Below, one piece after another: positions 9,726 to 19,800 of a stretch of DNA of 58,334 nucleotides (position 1 is its first letter; the number at the start of each line of letters is the position of its first letter). Made by a program: the position numbers and the translations under genes. The notes beneath the pieces are model-generated. The model made no database searches. It worked only from the letters and a program-made list of their open reading frames with translations, and was not told where the DNA came from. Origin of the DNA: a bacterium (GTDB lineage: Bacteria; Zhuqueibacterota; Zhuqueibacteria; Oceanimicrobiales; Oceanimicrobiaceae); NCBI GenBank assembly GCA_037446635.1, contig JBBIIG010000025.1:1-58334 (forward strand), given 5' to 3'.

Positions 9726-11345
9726 ATGAAACCATCACGAAAGTTTTTCGCGCGCTGGAAATGGATTGGCTGGGTGCTCGTCGCTGGCGCGGCGCAGGCG
9801 CAACCCACTTACGAGGTGGCGATCTCCGATATCGCCTATCGCGAGGTTTACAAAAACTGGCTGCTGGTTCCACAGAGCGTGGACTTGCGGGTGACTTGGA
9901 CGGTGATGGTGAAGGAGGTGGTGGCCGGCCGCGAAATCGTCGTCCCCAAAAATCCGGCGGAGCTGCCGTTCAAGTATCAGGTGTATATGTACGAAGGCGC
10001 CTCCGAGACGCCGGTTCTCCGCGAAATTGCGGGCGCCAGCGCCGCCGATTTTCCCAAACGAAAAATCGGCGAGCGGTTGGTGTTCAAAGTGCGCGCGTAT
10101 GACGAAGACGGCGAGCTGGCGGCGGAATCGGCCGCGGCCTCGATCTTGATTGGGCAAGGGCAGGAGGGGCAATTCGCCGATTTGTTCGGGCGCAATTTGT
10201 TTTATTATCTCAACCCTGGCCGCTGGCAATTGCTCTCCGTCGGCAAACCGGAGGTGTACGACAACGCCACTCGCCTGGGCAAACTGGCGTTTATTTTCTT
10301 GTCGCTCACATCGTTCTTCAGCTTCTTTGTGCTGTTTTATTACTCGGCGCGCACCCTCTATCTCGGCAACATTTTTCCGTTCAAGCGTTCCAAACAAAAT
10401 TTGCTGTGGTCATTTTCGCTGAGCTGCGACAAAGCTTATGAAAACCGCCTGACCGAAAAATTCAAATTCGTTTTGAAAGCATGGGAGACTATTGCCACCA
10501 AAAGCCGGCGCGTGACCGACCGCGCCACGAAAAGCATTCCGCACGGACTCAGCGCCACCGAAAAGATGGCCACAGTAGATGTGGCGTGCATGGAATATTG
10601 GACCGCCGACGGCGACCGCGCCATCGGCGCCATTGAAGATATCATCCGCTTTCCCAACCAGCTCGAAAGCAACGGCAAAAAATCCGTGGACGATCTGTTG
10701 ACCGAATTGGTGATCAAGATCGAGGATAATTTTCACGAGCTGATCTCCCCCAACGGCAGCGTCAACGGCGGCGAAGAGCATTCGGAGATGATGGAAACTC
10801 TGATCGCGGAAATTTATGAACCGGTGGTGGTGGACGAAAAGCCGCTCGCCAAGCTGCGCAAAAGGATTTTGCGCGGCGGCATTCTCGACCAGCAAAAAGG
10901 ATTGACGCCGTTTCCCACCAGCAAGATCATCCGCGCCGGTTTGGAAATTCATCGCATGAACGGCTACCGCTGGCTCAAGCCCTCCGAGGAGGTAAAGAGC
11001 GCGTTCGAGAACCGCGCCGCCATGGAAATCGAAAATCTGCGCCGCAAATCCAAAATAGATTGGTTTTGGAATTACGGGGCACTGGCGCCGCTGGTGGGAT
11101 TGTTCGGCACCGTCACCGGCATCACCCATTCGTTCCAAAAACTTTCCAGCGCTAACGCCACGCCGGATTTCGTTTACACCATTCAGCAGCTCAGCAGCGG
11201 CATTTTCGAGGCGCTGTGGACGACAATTTTTGGACTCGCAAACGGCATCTTTTTTCTAGTGCTGTATTATTATTACAAACACAAATTAGACTGGGTTTAC
11301 GCCAAGTGGGAAGAGATTTACGTCTCGATCACCGAGAAACTTTAA
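9726..11345 (+). CDS. MotA/TolQ/ExbB proton-channel family protein with signal peptide, FN3-like periplasmic domain and long cytoplasmic loop
   Basis: APLVGLFGTVTGITHSF...SSGIFEALWTTIFGL is the ExbB TM2/TM3 signature. ATG at 9726 follows GAGG. Confidence 0.85.
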   Translation: MKPSRKFFARWKWIGWVLVAGAAQAQPTYEVAISDIAYREVYKNWLLVPQSVDLRVTWTVMVKEVVAGREIVVPKNPAELPFKYQVYMYEGASETPVLREIAGASAADFPKRKIGERLVFKVRAYDEDGELAAESAAASILIGQGQEGQFADLFGRNLFYYLNPGRWQLLSVGKPEVYDNATRLGKLAFIFLSLTSFFSFFVLFYYSARTLYLGNIFPFKRSKQNLLWSFSLSCDKAYENRLTEKFKFVLKAWETIATKSRRVTDRATKSIPHGLSATEKMATVDVACMEYWTADGDRAIGAIEDIIRFPNQLESNGKKSVDDLLTELVIKIEDNFHELISPNGSVNGGEEHSEMMETLIAEIYEPVVVDEKPLAKLRKRILRGGILDQQKGLTPFPTSKIIRAGLEIHRMNGYRWLKPSEEVKSAFENRAAMEIENLRRKSKIDWFWNYGALAPLVGLFGTVTGITHSFQKLSSANATPDFVYTIQQLSSGIFEALWTTIFGLANGIFFLVLYYYYKHKLDWVYAKWEEIYVSITEKL

Positions 11346-11365
11346 CCTGAATAATCCACTAATCT

Positions 11366-11530
11366 TGAAATGCAACAAGTTCTATGAAAATGAAATCTAT
11401 TTATTACAATGTGGAGTCATGGAGCTTTGGAGTAATGGATTAATGAAAGGCCAAAGCATTAATCCAGTGATCCATCAATCCATCAATCCATCAATCCATG
11501 AAAGCCTTAGTTGCAATTCGTTGTATTTCA
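11366..11530. mobile_element. MITE-like element: imperfect 16-bp terminal inverted repeats enclosing inverted 8-mer arrays
   Basis: tgaaatgcaacaagtt (11366-11381) matches the reverse complement of aattcgttgtatttca (11515-11530) at 13/16. Interior has a TGGAGT/TGGATT series and (ATCCATCA)n. Confidence 0.5.
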
Positions 11531-11552
11531 GTGTCTTTGGTGTTAAAAATTT

Positions 11553-12143
11553 ATGCCATTCAAACGTCAAGAAAATGAACGCAGTCTCGAGTTGGTCAGC
11601 CTGATCGATATTGTATTTTTGCTGCTGCTGTTTTTTCTGGTATCGTTCGCGTTCACGCTGGCCGGCGATGATTCCGAGATGAAAATTTATTCGGAGATCG
11701 ATCTGCCGAAAACCGAGACCGCCCTGCCGGCGATCAAAGACGATATTCTTGAAAATTTGATGATTCAGATCGTGCCGGACACCAGCGAGTTTGGGATTTC
11801 CCGCCGCGTCTATGTGCTCTGGCCGTCGTTCGAGGATACGGCGAAGGTCGCGCGGCTTAAGGCTTTTCACCGCGCGGCGCAGGATTCGACCTTTGCGGTT
11901 TTTCCACCGGACTTTATACTTTTGCCAGACGAAGAGTTTGTTCGCACCGCGCCGTGCACGCTCATCACGAATTCCATCGCGCGCTACATCGAAAAAGAAA
12001 AATTTTATCGCGGCAATTCCTCTCCCATCGTTGAGGTGCGCGCCGAGCAGAATACCGAATTCAAAATCATCAACTTCATTATGGACGTGTGCAGCTCGCA
12101 GCAGCAGGCGATTCCGCAAATCATCATTCGCGCGGTGCTGTGA
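11553..12143 (+). CDS. ExbD/TolR family biopolymer transporter
   Basis: TM helix with conserved Asp: LELVSLIDIVFLLLLFFLV. C-terminal VEVRAEQNTEFKIINFIMDVC. Confidence 0.85.
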   Translation: MPFKRQENERSLELVSLIDIVFLLLLFFLVSFAFTLAGDDSEMKIYSEIDLPKTETALPAIKDDILENLMIQIVPDTSEFGISRRVYVLWPSFEDTAKVARLKAFHRAAQDSTFAVFPPDFILLPDEEFVRTAPCTLITNSIARYIEKEKFYRGNSSPIVEVRAEQNTEFKIINFIMDVCSSQQQAIPQIIIRAVL

Positions 12144-12174
12144 CCGGCGGGGGTAATTCGTGAATTGCTTTCGA

Positions 12175-12202
12175 GTAGGGGCAATTCATGAATTGCCCCT
12201 AC
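12175..12202. repeat. Perfect 28-bp GTAG-type REP-like palindrome, with a degenerate copy at ~12147-12172
   Basis: GTAGGGGCAATTCATGAATTGCCCCTAC is its own reverse complement. Confidence 0.8.
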
Positions 12203-12218
12203 CAAAATAATTTGATCT

Positions 12219-12791
12219 ATGGCATTCAGAAGATTAACTCGTGACAACCGGCGCCTGCCGCTGGTGTCGCTGATCGACCTGATTTTTATTTTGCTGGTTT
12301 TTTTTATCGTCTCCAGCGTGATGATCCGCCTCACCCGCGGCGAATCCAAGCTTTATATTCCCACGCCGAAAAACGAGCCGGGTGAGGCGCAGATTCTCAT
12401 TCAAATCATCGATGATGAAAATTATCTCTGGCTCGATCACACCGCTATCGACACCCTGTACCGCTACAGCTTTTTACTTCGCAATCCCAACGACGCGGCC
12501 GCTAAAATCGATTTGCTGGCGCAGCGGATGACGCTGAATCCAGAGGCGTTGTGGGAGCGGCTGGCGCGGCTCAAGGGATCGTTGAGCGGCGGTGTTAAAA
12601 AGGAGTATTTTGTCTTAATTCGCTGTCCCGAGTACGTGCCCTATTTTTACGTCACCCGCATCATCGAGAAGTTGGTGGACAACCCCTATCTCGAATTCGG
12701 CTGCGTTGCGGGCGACATCGAGGATATTCGTTCCAGCAAAAAGCTGCTGGTGGAAGGCAACGTTCTACAAATCGATTTTTCAAACCCATGA
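12219..12791 (+). CDS. ExbD/TolR family biopolymer transporter (second)
   Basis: LPLVSLIDLIFILLVFFIV with conserved Asp. VLIRCPEYVPYFYVTRIIEKL. Confidence 0.85.
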   Translation: MAFRRLTRDNRRLPLVSLIDLIFILLVFFIVSSVMIRLTRGESKLYIPTPKNEPGEAQILIQIIDDENYLWLDHTAIDTLYRYSFLLRNPNDAAAKIDLLAQRMTLNPEALWERLARLKGSLSGGVKKEYFVLIRCPEYVPYFYVTRIIEKLVDNPYLEFGCVAGDIEDIRSSKKLLVEGNVLQIDFSNP

Positions 12792-13381
12792 CGAAGCGCG
12801 TTATTCACCCCAATGTTCTGTATTTTTTTGCGGCCGCGGCGCTGACGCTGCTGGGGTATCGGCAGGTGCAAATTTACAAAATACCGCAGGTGCAAAAAAG
12901 TTTGCCGGAGTATGTGGCGGATGAAAAACCGCCGCCGCCGAAACGGCCGGGCACGCGCAGCATTCGCATTGTCGGCCCGCCGCTGAAAACGCTGAAGTTT
13001 GAGCTGGATTTGAAACGGCATCCACTGCCGCTGGATTGGAATTATCTGGAGCAGGCCGACAAAAAAGCCGACGTCACCGTGAACGGCTTCATCGACGTTG
13101 ACGGCAATCTCGTCATCGAGCGCGTTTTCGATAAAGGGCACCCGCGCGCCGGGCGTTATATCCACAAAATTTTGAGCACCTGGAAATTCATGCAATATAA
13201 AACCGGTCCCATCAAATATTATTTCAACGTCCCCACCAAAATCGAGCACATGAAAGTGCAAATCGATATTCGGGGCCTGCAGCGCAATCTGAATTTTGCG
13301 GATGAGCACGATCAAGTCAAAGACGGCCTGCTCTACTATTGCGAAGGCCTCAAGAAAAATAACGTGATGATCATCAAATAA
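12788..13381 (+). CDS. TonB-like energy transducer: N-terminal anchor, short Pro-rich linker, TonB-C-like domain
   Basis: Hydrophobic N-terminus, KPPPPKRP, then VTVNGFIDVDGNLVIERV...ILSTWKF. ATGA overlap with exbD. Confidence 0.65.
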   Translation: MTKRVIHPNVLYFFAAAALTLLGYRQVQIYKIPQVQKSLPEYVADEKPPPPKRPGTRSIRIVGPPLKTLKFELDLKRHPLPLDWNYLEQADKKADVTVNGFIDVDGNLVIERVFDKGHPRAGRYIHKILSTWKFMQYKTGPIKYYFNVPTKIEHMKVQIDIRGLQRNLNFADEHDQVKDGLLYYCEGLKKNNVMIIK

Positions 13382-13385
13382 CACT

Positions 13386-16300
13386 ATGGCCAACCGAATC
13401 GCTGCGGTGATGTTCGCTTTCGCTTTGAGTGCGGAAATTTATTCTCAGGATTATCTCGCTCTAATCAATTTGTACAATCGCGCCCAGTACGACTCGATCA
13501 TCCAAGTGGTCGCGCCGCAATTCATTCGGTCGCATCCCGAGGAGGCCGGGCTGGCGCACTATTTTTTGGGGGAGAGTTATTACAACAAAGCGCTGGCCGA
13601 AAGCGATCGCGATCGCAGCCAGGCTTTTTTCGCAGCGGCCTGGAATGAGTTTTCACACGCCCGAACCAGCGCCTATTTGGAATCCAACTTCAACGAATAT
13701 TTTCACTGGGCGCGCTACAAATTAGCGTGGAGCTCTTATCGGCTGGCGGAGCTGAATGAACACCCCGTTGATCTTTTAAAGCGCGCCGGCCAGGAATTTT
13801 CGGCTGTGTTGCCGGAGGCCGCGGATTCCCTCAAGCTGTTTTCGTTTTTTATGGCCGCCGAATGCCGAGTTCGCGAAAGTATTTTGCGATTATATTTGAT
13901 CGCGGATCGGGGCGCGGCTGGCGGCGACGCGAACGGCGCGCTCGAGTTGCTGTGGGCCGGCCGGCAGGGGTTGATACGCATCGTCGATTTCTCGTCCTCG
14001 TCTTCTGCTCCTCACAATTTGCCCGAGCTGAAGGCGGCCGCTTCCATTCGGCGCGAGATGCTGGACTATTACGCCGGCAAGTTGTATCAAATGGCGCCCG
14101 CGGAATACTTCGCGGCGATCAGCGATCCCCAAAAGAAATCGGATGCTCAACAAACCGCGCTGGCTTATTTTAATAATCTGCATTACGACGGCTTTTTCTC
14201 TTCGACCACGCCGCCGCTGTTGCAGGCGATCGCGCCCTACTTGAACATGATGAAGCAATTCAACCTGCATTTTTTCATGCGGACCGAGGCCAGCAAAAAT
14301 GAATTTGTGGCGGCGCTGGAAAAGCTGCGCGGCGCCGATCTCCTCGCCGAGGGCCGTTTCCGTTTGGCCGGCGTTTATCAGTGTTTGCCGGCAAACGATG
14401 AAACCAATTCCAACGAGCGCGCGCTCAGCTGGTACGATTCGTCCGCCGCGATTGCGGAAGCCGATTACTGGATGGCAAATATTTTTATGATTGAGGGCGA
14501 ACTCGAGCCGAGCCGGCGCCATTTTGCCAATTTCATTGATGCCATGTCGCAGCGGGGCGCTCCCAGCCTCCGCAGCCGGGTGCTGTTCGAAGACGCGCAG
14601 ATCAAAAACTTTTTATTGGATTTTGAGAAGTTCTTCAAATCCGGCAACGAGGTCGAATTTCAAAAGCTGGCTCATCAGGTCAACAGTTTTTCACCGCGCA
14701 GTTTGTCGCTGCGCCCCAGCGCCGATCGCTTAAAATTGTTGATTCACCTGGCGCTCACCGATGACGCGTCGGAATTGTGGGCGCGGGTGTTAACGGGGAC
14801 GGAAGATGAAAAGCTGGCGCAAGCGTTAGATGCGATCCGCTTCGTGCTCTCGCGGGTGGCGTTGAACATCGGTCCCGAGCGTGAAAAATATATCCCGTTG
14901 TTGAGCCCGATGTTTGAAATGACACAAACGCGGCGCCGCGACGCCACGCTTTTTTTCAAAGGCATTCTCAAAACTTTGGAGGCGGAAATCCAAGCGCAGC
15001 CGCATCAGAAAATTGAAAAATACAAAGCGGCGGCGGCGCTGCTCAACGGCGTCAGCGATAATTTTGAATTCAAGGACGAGGCCGATTACGTGCGGGGCGT
15101 CTGCTTGTTTTACGCCGAGGAATTCGACGAAGCGCGCGCGCTGTTTAAGCCGCTCATCAATCAGAAGCGAAATTTGCGGGCGCTGTTTTATGTGGCGGAA
15201 ATGTTCCGCGCCACGGGCGAAGGCCGCGCTGCGCGCGAATGCTACCAAGCCATCGTCGCGAAACTTAAGGACTCCCGCGACAACTTCAGCGAGTATTGGT
15301 ATGCCAACGCCCTCGCCGGCATCGCCTCTTCAGATGACAGCGGCGATCTTGCGGCACTCGCTGGCATCGACTTTGGGCAAATTGAATTATTGCCGCTCAA
15401 AGAGAACGAGCTTATTTTCGAGCGACTGGCGGACGAGGATTTTCTCAAACAGCAGCTCACCCGCGAAAGCAACGACATGCTCGCGAAATTTGGCCTGCCG
15501 CACAAAGAAATTTATCCTTCGAAATATGTTCTCAAGCATTCACTTTTTGCAGCGGAAAATATTTTCGCCAATCTATTTTTAATCGATGAAGTGCGGGCGC
15601 CGTTGACCGCGCAGCTAAAATTAGTTGTCCTTCTTCCTGAAAATATCGCTGGCCCGGCTGAGGCGTGGCTCGCTGGCGAGCTTTTGCCAAGCCGCGGCGG
15701 CGTTTTTTGGCGCGACGGCCTCCCCCTGAATTCCGAACACGAGCTGGTGGTGCGCCACCCGGGGTGCTACGAGTATCGCCGGCGGTTACCGTTTTCCAAA
15801 CCCGGCGAGAATAAGCACTCGGTGGTTTTAACCAAAAAGATCGATGCGACAACCGCCAGAATGTTAAGGCAGGTGGAAAATTCTGAGCACGCCATGTCGC
15901 AGCGCTGGGACCGCAATTATATTTTGAGCAACTTCAGGGTGGCGGCCGAATCGGAGTTGCTGCGGGATTTCAGCCGTTACTACGAGCTGCGGGACGTGGC
16001 GCTGGACCGGCACGGGGCGCGTTTTCTCGCCGTCAATGCCGAAGAGAACAACATCTGGGTTTATTCACAAAATGAACGGGCGAGCCGCGCCGGTACGTTT
16101 TTGATGGCTCAAAACGATTCGCTGAAAAGTCCGGAAGGCATCGCCATCGATTCCAAAGGAAATGTGTTCATCGCCGACTGGGGGAATCATCGCATTGTGA
16201 TTTTTGATAGCAGTGGGCGCCAGCAGGAGGTGATTGGCGGTTTTGGCAGCAACGCCGCCGGCGACGTCGGCCAACCTATCAAACTGATGTTTCCGACCCG

Positions 16301-16571
16301 GGTCGCGATTCTCGAAGATCACGAAGGAGTTATGATTGGAGGCGAACGGTTTTTCCGGGAAACCTACTTGTTCATGGCCGATCAAAATGGCATTCATCTC
16401 TGCAATTTGCGCGGCGATTATTTGGGCACCGCGCTGTCGCCCAACGAGCAATTTCCCCAGGGGTCGTTTTATGCGTTTGCGGTCGTCCGCGATGGTGATC
16501 GGTTCAAAATTCGAGTGGTCAATCGCTCGCAAAAATTTCGCGGCCAGGTTTTTGAATACATCGGAAAATAA
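13386..16571 (+). CDS. Exported TPR-repeat protein with C-terminal NHL beta-propeller
   Basis: Signal peptide. TPR-like AHYFLGESYY, ADYVRGVCLFYAEEFDEA. NHL repeat LKSPEGIAIDSKGNVFIADWGNHRIVIFD. Confidence 0.8.
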   Translation: MANRIAAVMFAFALSAEIYSQDYLALINLYNRAQYDSIIQVVAPQFIRSHPEEAGLAHYFLGESYYNKALAESDRDRSQAFFAAAWNEFSHARTSAYLESNFNEYFHWARYKLAWSSYRLAELNEHPVDLLKRAGQEFSAVLPEAADSLKLFSFFMAAECRVRESILRLYLIADRGAAGGDANGALELLWAGRQGLIRIVDFSSSSSAPHNLPELKAAASIRREMLDYYAGKLYQMAPAEYFAAISDPQKKSDAQQTALAYFNNLHYDGFFSSTTPPLLQAIAPYLNMMKQFNLHFFMRTEASKNEFVAALEKLRGADLLAEGRFRLAGVYQCLPANDETNSNERALSWYDSSAAIAEADYWMANIFMIEGELEPSRRHFANFIDAMSQRGAPSLRSRVLFEDAQIKNFLLDFEKFFKSGNEVEFQKLAHQVNSFSPRSLSLRPSADRLKLLIHLALTDDASELWARVLTGTEDEKLAQALDAIRFVLSRVALNIGPEREKYIPLLSPMFEMTQTRRRDATLFFKGILKTLEAEIQAQPHQKIEKYKAAAALLNGVSDNFEFKDEADYVRGVCLFYAEEFDEARALFKPLINQKRNLRALFYVAEMFRATGEGRAARECYQAIVAKLKDSRDNFSEYWYANALAGIASSDDSGDLAALAGIDFGQIELLPLKENELIFERLADEDFLKQQLTRESNDMLAKFGLPHKEIYPSKYVLKHSLFAAENIFANLFLIDEVRAPLTAQLKLVVLLPENIAGPAEAWLAGELLPSRGGVFWRDGLPLNSEHELVVRHPGCYEYRRRLPFSKPGENKHSVVLTKKIDATTARMLRQVENSEHAMSQRWDRNYILSNFRVAAESELLRDFSRYYELRDVALDRHGARFLAVNAEENNIWVYSQNERASRAGTFLMAQNDSLKSPEGIAIDSKGNVFIADWGNHRIVIFDSSGRQQEVIGGFGSNAAGDVGQPIKLMFPTRVAILEDHEGVMIGGERFFRETYLFMADQNGIHLCNLRGDYLGTALSPNEQFPQGSFYAFAVVRDGDRFKIRVVNRSQKFRGQVFEYIGK

Positions 16572-16612
16572 AATATCATTAAGAATTATTTAAGTAAGTT
16601 CACAATTTTTGC

Positions 16613-16641
16613 TTGACAAGATAGTTTTAATTCATTATTAT
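16613..16641 (+). promoter_or_regulatory. Sigma70-type promoter upstream of operon copy 2
   Basis: TTGACA (16613-16618), 17-bp spacer, TATTAT (16636-16641), in AT-rich context. Confidence 0.7.
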
Positions 16642-16890
16642 ACTTTTGTGTTTGTTGACTCGGGGAAACTCACCTTCACACGCGCGTTAAAATTTCCAGT
16701 CTCCTAATTTCAATTCTTCATTTGCGCTGCTTCCTTGGTTTTATTTAACGGCTGTCCGGGGAATAGAATCAAGGGGAACGTTCGCATCTTTGCGCTACTC
16801 AAGCTGATTTTCTGCGATTGACTTTTCTTCACTGAACCAGGCGTGTGGTTTTAGCTATTTTACCGCGCGGGGGAAAGAGAGGGTAGTCCA

Positions 16891-19800
16891 TTGGCAAAAA
16901 AAATCGTGCGAGACGTTCTGCGGCTCGGCATAATTAGCTTCGCCCTTCAAATTGGTGCGCCATCATTCGGGCAGAGCGTCAAACCCGTCCAAATCATTCT
17001 CAATCGCAACGTCAAGCCCAGCGTAATCATCCCGGTTGAAGAGTCGGTCAGCATTCAGGTGCGTGTGGTGGGGAGGGCCAGCGGTGTATTGAGCCTGCGC
17101 CTGAAGGGAGATAGGTTTTTAGCGCCGGGATGGCAGGATCAGAGCATTCATTGCAGCGGCAATTGCACGTTTGAGCAGAAACTAATTTTGCGGCCAGACA
17201 ACGCCCAGTGCGGGCGCTTTCATCTTGAGCTCGATGCCAAGCTGGTTTCAAGCAACGGCGAATTATTAGGAGAAGAGAATCGAAAGATAGACGTCGAGGT
17301 TATCCCCAAAATCGTTCCGAAGCCGTCCTTTAGTCGCGACAGCTTCAACGAAATCTGTTGGCTTGGCTGCGGGAACGGCGCGCACGAGCTTTTTCGGATG
17401 GATTCGACCAACGGCGCCACCTTATCGTTTCTGGTAACTGATCCCGAAAACTGCAAACTCGTGGAAGGCCTGCAACACGCCCGCACCTACAAATATTGGG
17501 TGCAGGCGACGGGCAGCGGTTTCACCGTCGAGTCCAATCCGGTTTTAGTAACGCAAGACAATGAGGCGCCGCCGATCGTGCGCATTCACGATTTTTCGGT
17601 TGATGCCCGCGGCCACGTCACCCTGCGCTGGCCATTTAGCGATGCGCTGCAAGATCGGCTGAGCTATATTGAGCGCTACGTCATCGAGCGCGTGGTTAGA
17701 AAAAACACAGCGGCGGTAAAGGATACGAGTTTCACTTTGACGTTTTTCCCCATGTCGGCGGTTTCGCCGGCGAGTTATGTGCCAGTTAAACCTGCAAAAG
17801 ACACCTTACTCTACCGCGACGACGCGTCCACAAAAATCAGTACTCTTCCCCCCGAACTCGCCCAGGCCGCGATGCTGCAAACGTGGAATCAGGATCGCTG
17901 GAACGAATCCGACGACTTTCTTACTCTGCGGCTGGATGACACCGCCTACGTCTATGTGGCGATGGACAACAACATCGTCCCACGTCCCACCTGGTTACAA
18001 ACCAATTTCGACGCCAATTGGAGCAGTCAAACGGTGGACTTGCGGGTGAGCGATAGCCGGTTTCGGGTTTTCCGCAGCAAAACTTTGCTCAGCGGCGAAG
18101 TGACGTTGGGCGGAAATTTTGCCAGCGGCGCCGCCAGCAACGAAAACCTCGATCCCAAGATGTATGTGGTTTTTGTCGAGCCGGTCAACCTCGAAAAATA
18201 TCCGTACGCCGCGAATGGGCTGATTCGGTTCACCGATCCCATCGGCGTGGACAGCACGACCATTTACTACAAAGTCAACGCCGTGGACGCCACCGGCAAC
18301 TTAGCGGATGGGGAAAGATCTCCTGATATCATCATCGACTTAAAGGGCCGCTGCCGCCCGCAGATCGTCGATTGGTTCGTTTACGAAGATTCTACCACCG
18401 GCCAAAAATACGGGCGCGATCTTTCGAACACGGTTTGCGTACAGGACCCGCGCGATGATCAGAGTTGTATGGATTTTCGCCGCAGCGATTCACTGATGTT
18501 TGAAGCGGCGCGCAAAGTGAAAAACTTTGACAGCGCGCAAAATACAGTACTCCGAAGCCCGTGGATATCAGCCACGACCCTTTGTTTTAAATTTGAGCTG
18601 GGCCCGACTAACTTTTCAGTTAATGGCGCCGAGTTTTTCTACCGAGTACGCGCGAAAGACGTGCATGGAAATCTCAGCGCCTGGTCGGATACGGTCTCGG
18701 CGATTCAAGACGCCGCATTGCCCGGCGATATTGGCGGCCTGCAGGCGACCGCTAAGGTTCAAGTAAATGATTGTGAAAAAGGCGCGATTGAGTTATCGTG
18801 GCTCGCGGCTGTGGATTCAGCGAGCGGCGTGAAGGATTACGACATACATCGAAAAAAGGAGGGCGAGACCGAGTTTCACCCAATCAATTCAACGCCCGGC
18901 GACTCGCCCTTTTATGGCGATCCGTTGAGCAATTTTGACGACAACATGCTGGTGAGCTACAAAATTGCCACCCGCGACAACGTCGGCCATCTTCGGGAAA
19001 TCGCGCAATCGGATCAGGAACGAACCGTGCGGGCGCTGGTTGGCCCGAAGCTGGAAATTGCGGACTCCACCCAGTTTAAAAATTGTGCCGGCATCGTCGG
19101 TACAAACCGAGATACCATCGATGTTAAAATTATTCATAATCGCGACAGCGTGCTTCTGTATCGATTTGAAACCACTGACCCGGATGGCAAAAAAGGACAA
19201 TTTACCGTTCCGCCGGATGCTGAACGAGTTCCCGTTCCCATCCCCGGCCGCGATGGCGCCTACAAAATCAGCGCCGTGGCTGAATTTAATGAAGGGACTT
19301 CTACTTGTTCGATTTTCATGATTAATAAAAGAAAACAACCCACTGACCCAGTTGAAAATTTGAGGGCCGTGCAAGATTCGTCCGGCAGCGGAAATATATT
19401 GGTTGACTGGACGCATCCCGATTCCAACAATATTTCGGAATATCAAATTCGGGTGTGGCCGGAAGATCAGCCGGCGGAGGTTAAAACGTTTGAGAGTCCC
19501 GTCAGTCACTTCAATTATGATTTTGAAGACAATATGGCTTTTACTTATCAGTGTTATGGTTTTGAAGTGCGCGCGGTAGATTGCTTTGGGAATATTTCGT
19601 CCCCCAAAGACACCTCGCAATATCCGAAGACGAAGCCGACGATTGTCAAGTGTGATACGACAAGCGATTCCATTATAGTATTTTGGAATCGCCCGCCGCG
19701 AGTGAGGCCCGGCGCCGATGTTTTTGACAGTTTCATCGAAATATGCCGTGAGGTCGATGGCGTGCCCACCGAGTGCCAAACCTTTGAAGTGCCTAGGGGA

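Noticed and set aside
11365..11604. 79 aa ORF between exbB and exbD
   Set aside because: It is a translation of the repeat element (SINPVIHQSINPSIH) and overlaps the exbD start.
7292..12218. Possible CRISPR array among the intergenic repeats
   Set aside because: No constant 25-45 bp repeats with unique spacers, and no cas genes.
9726..13381. Calling the motor genes tolQRA, aglRQS or a standard iron-uptake exbBD-tonB
   Set aside because: No tolB/pal, recognisable glt genes or TonB-dependent receptor; family membership alone does not justify gene symbols.
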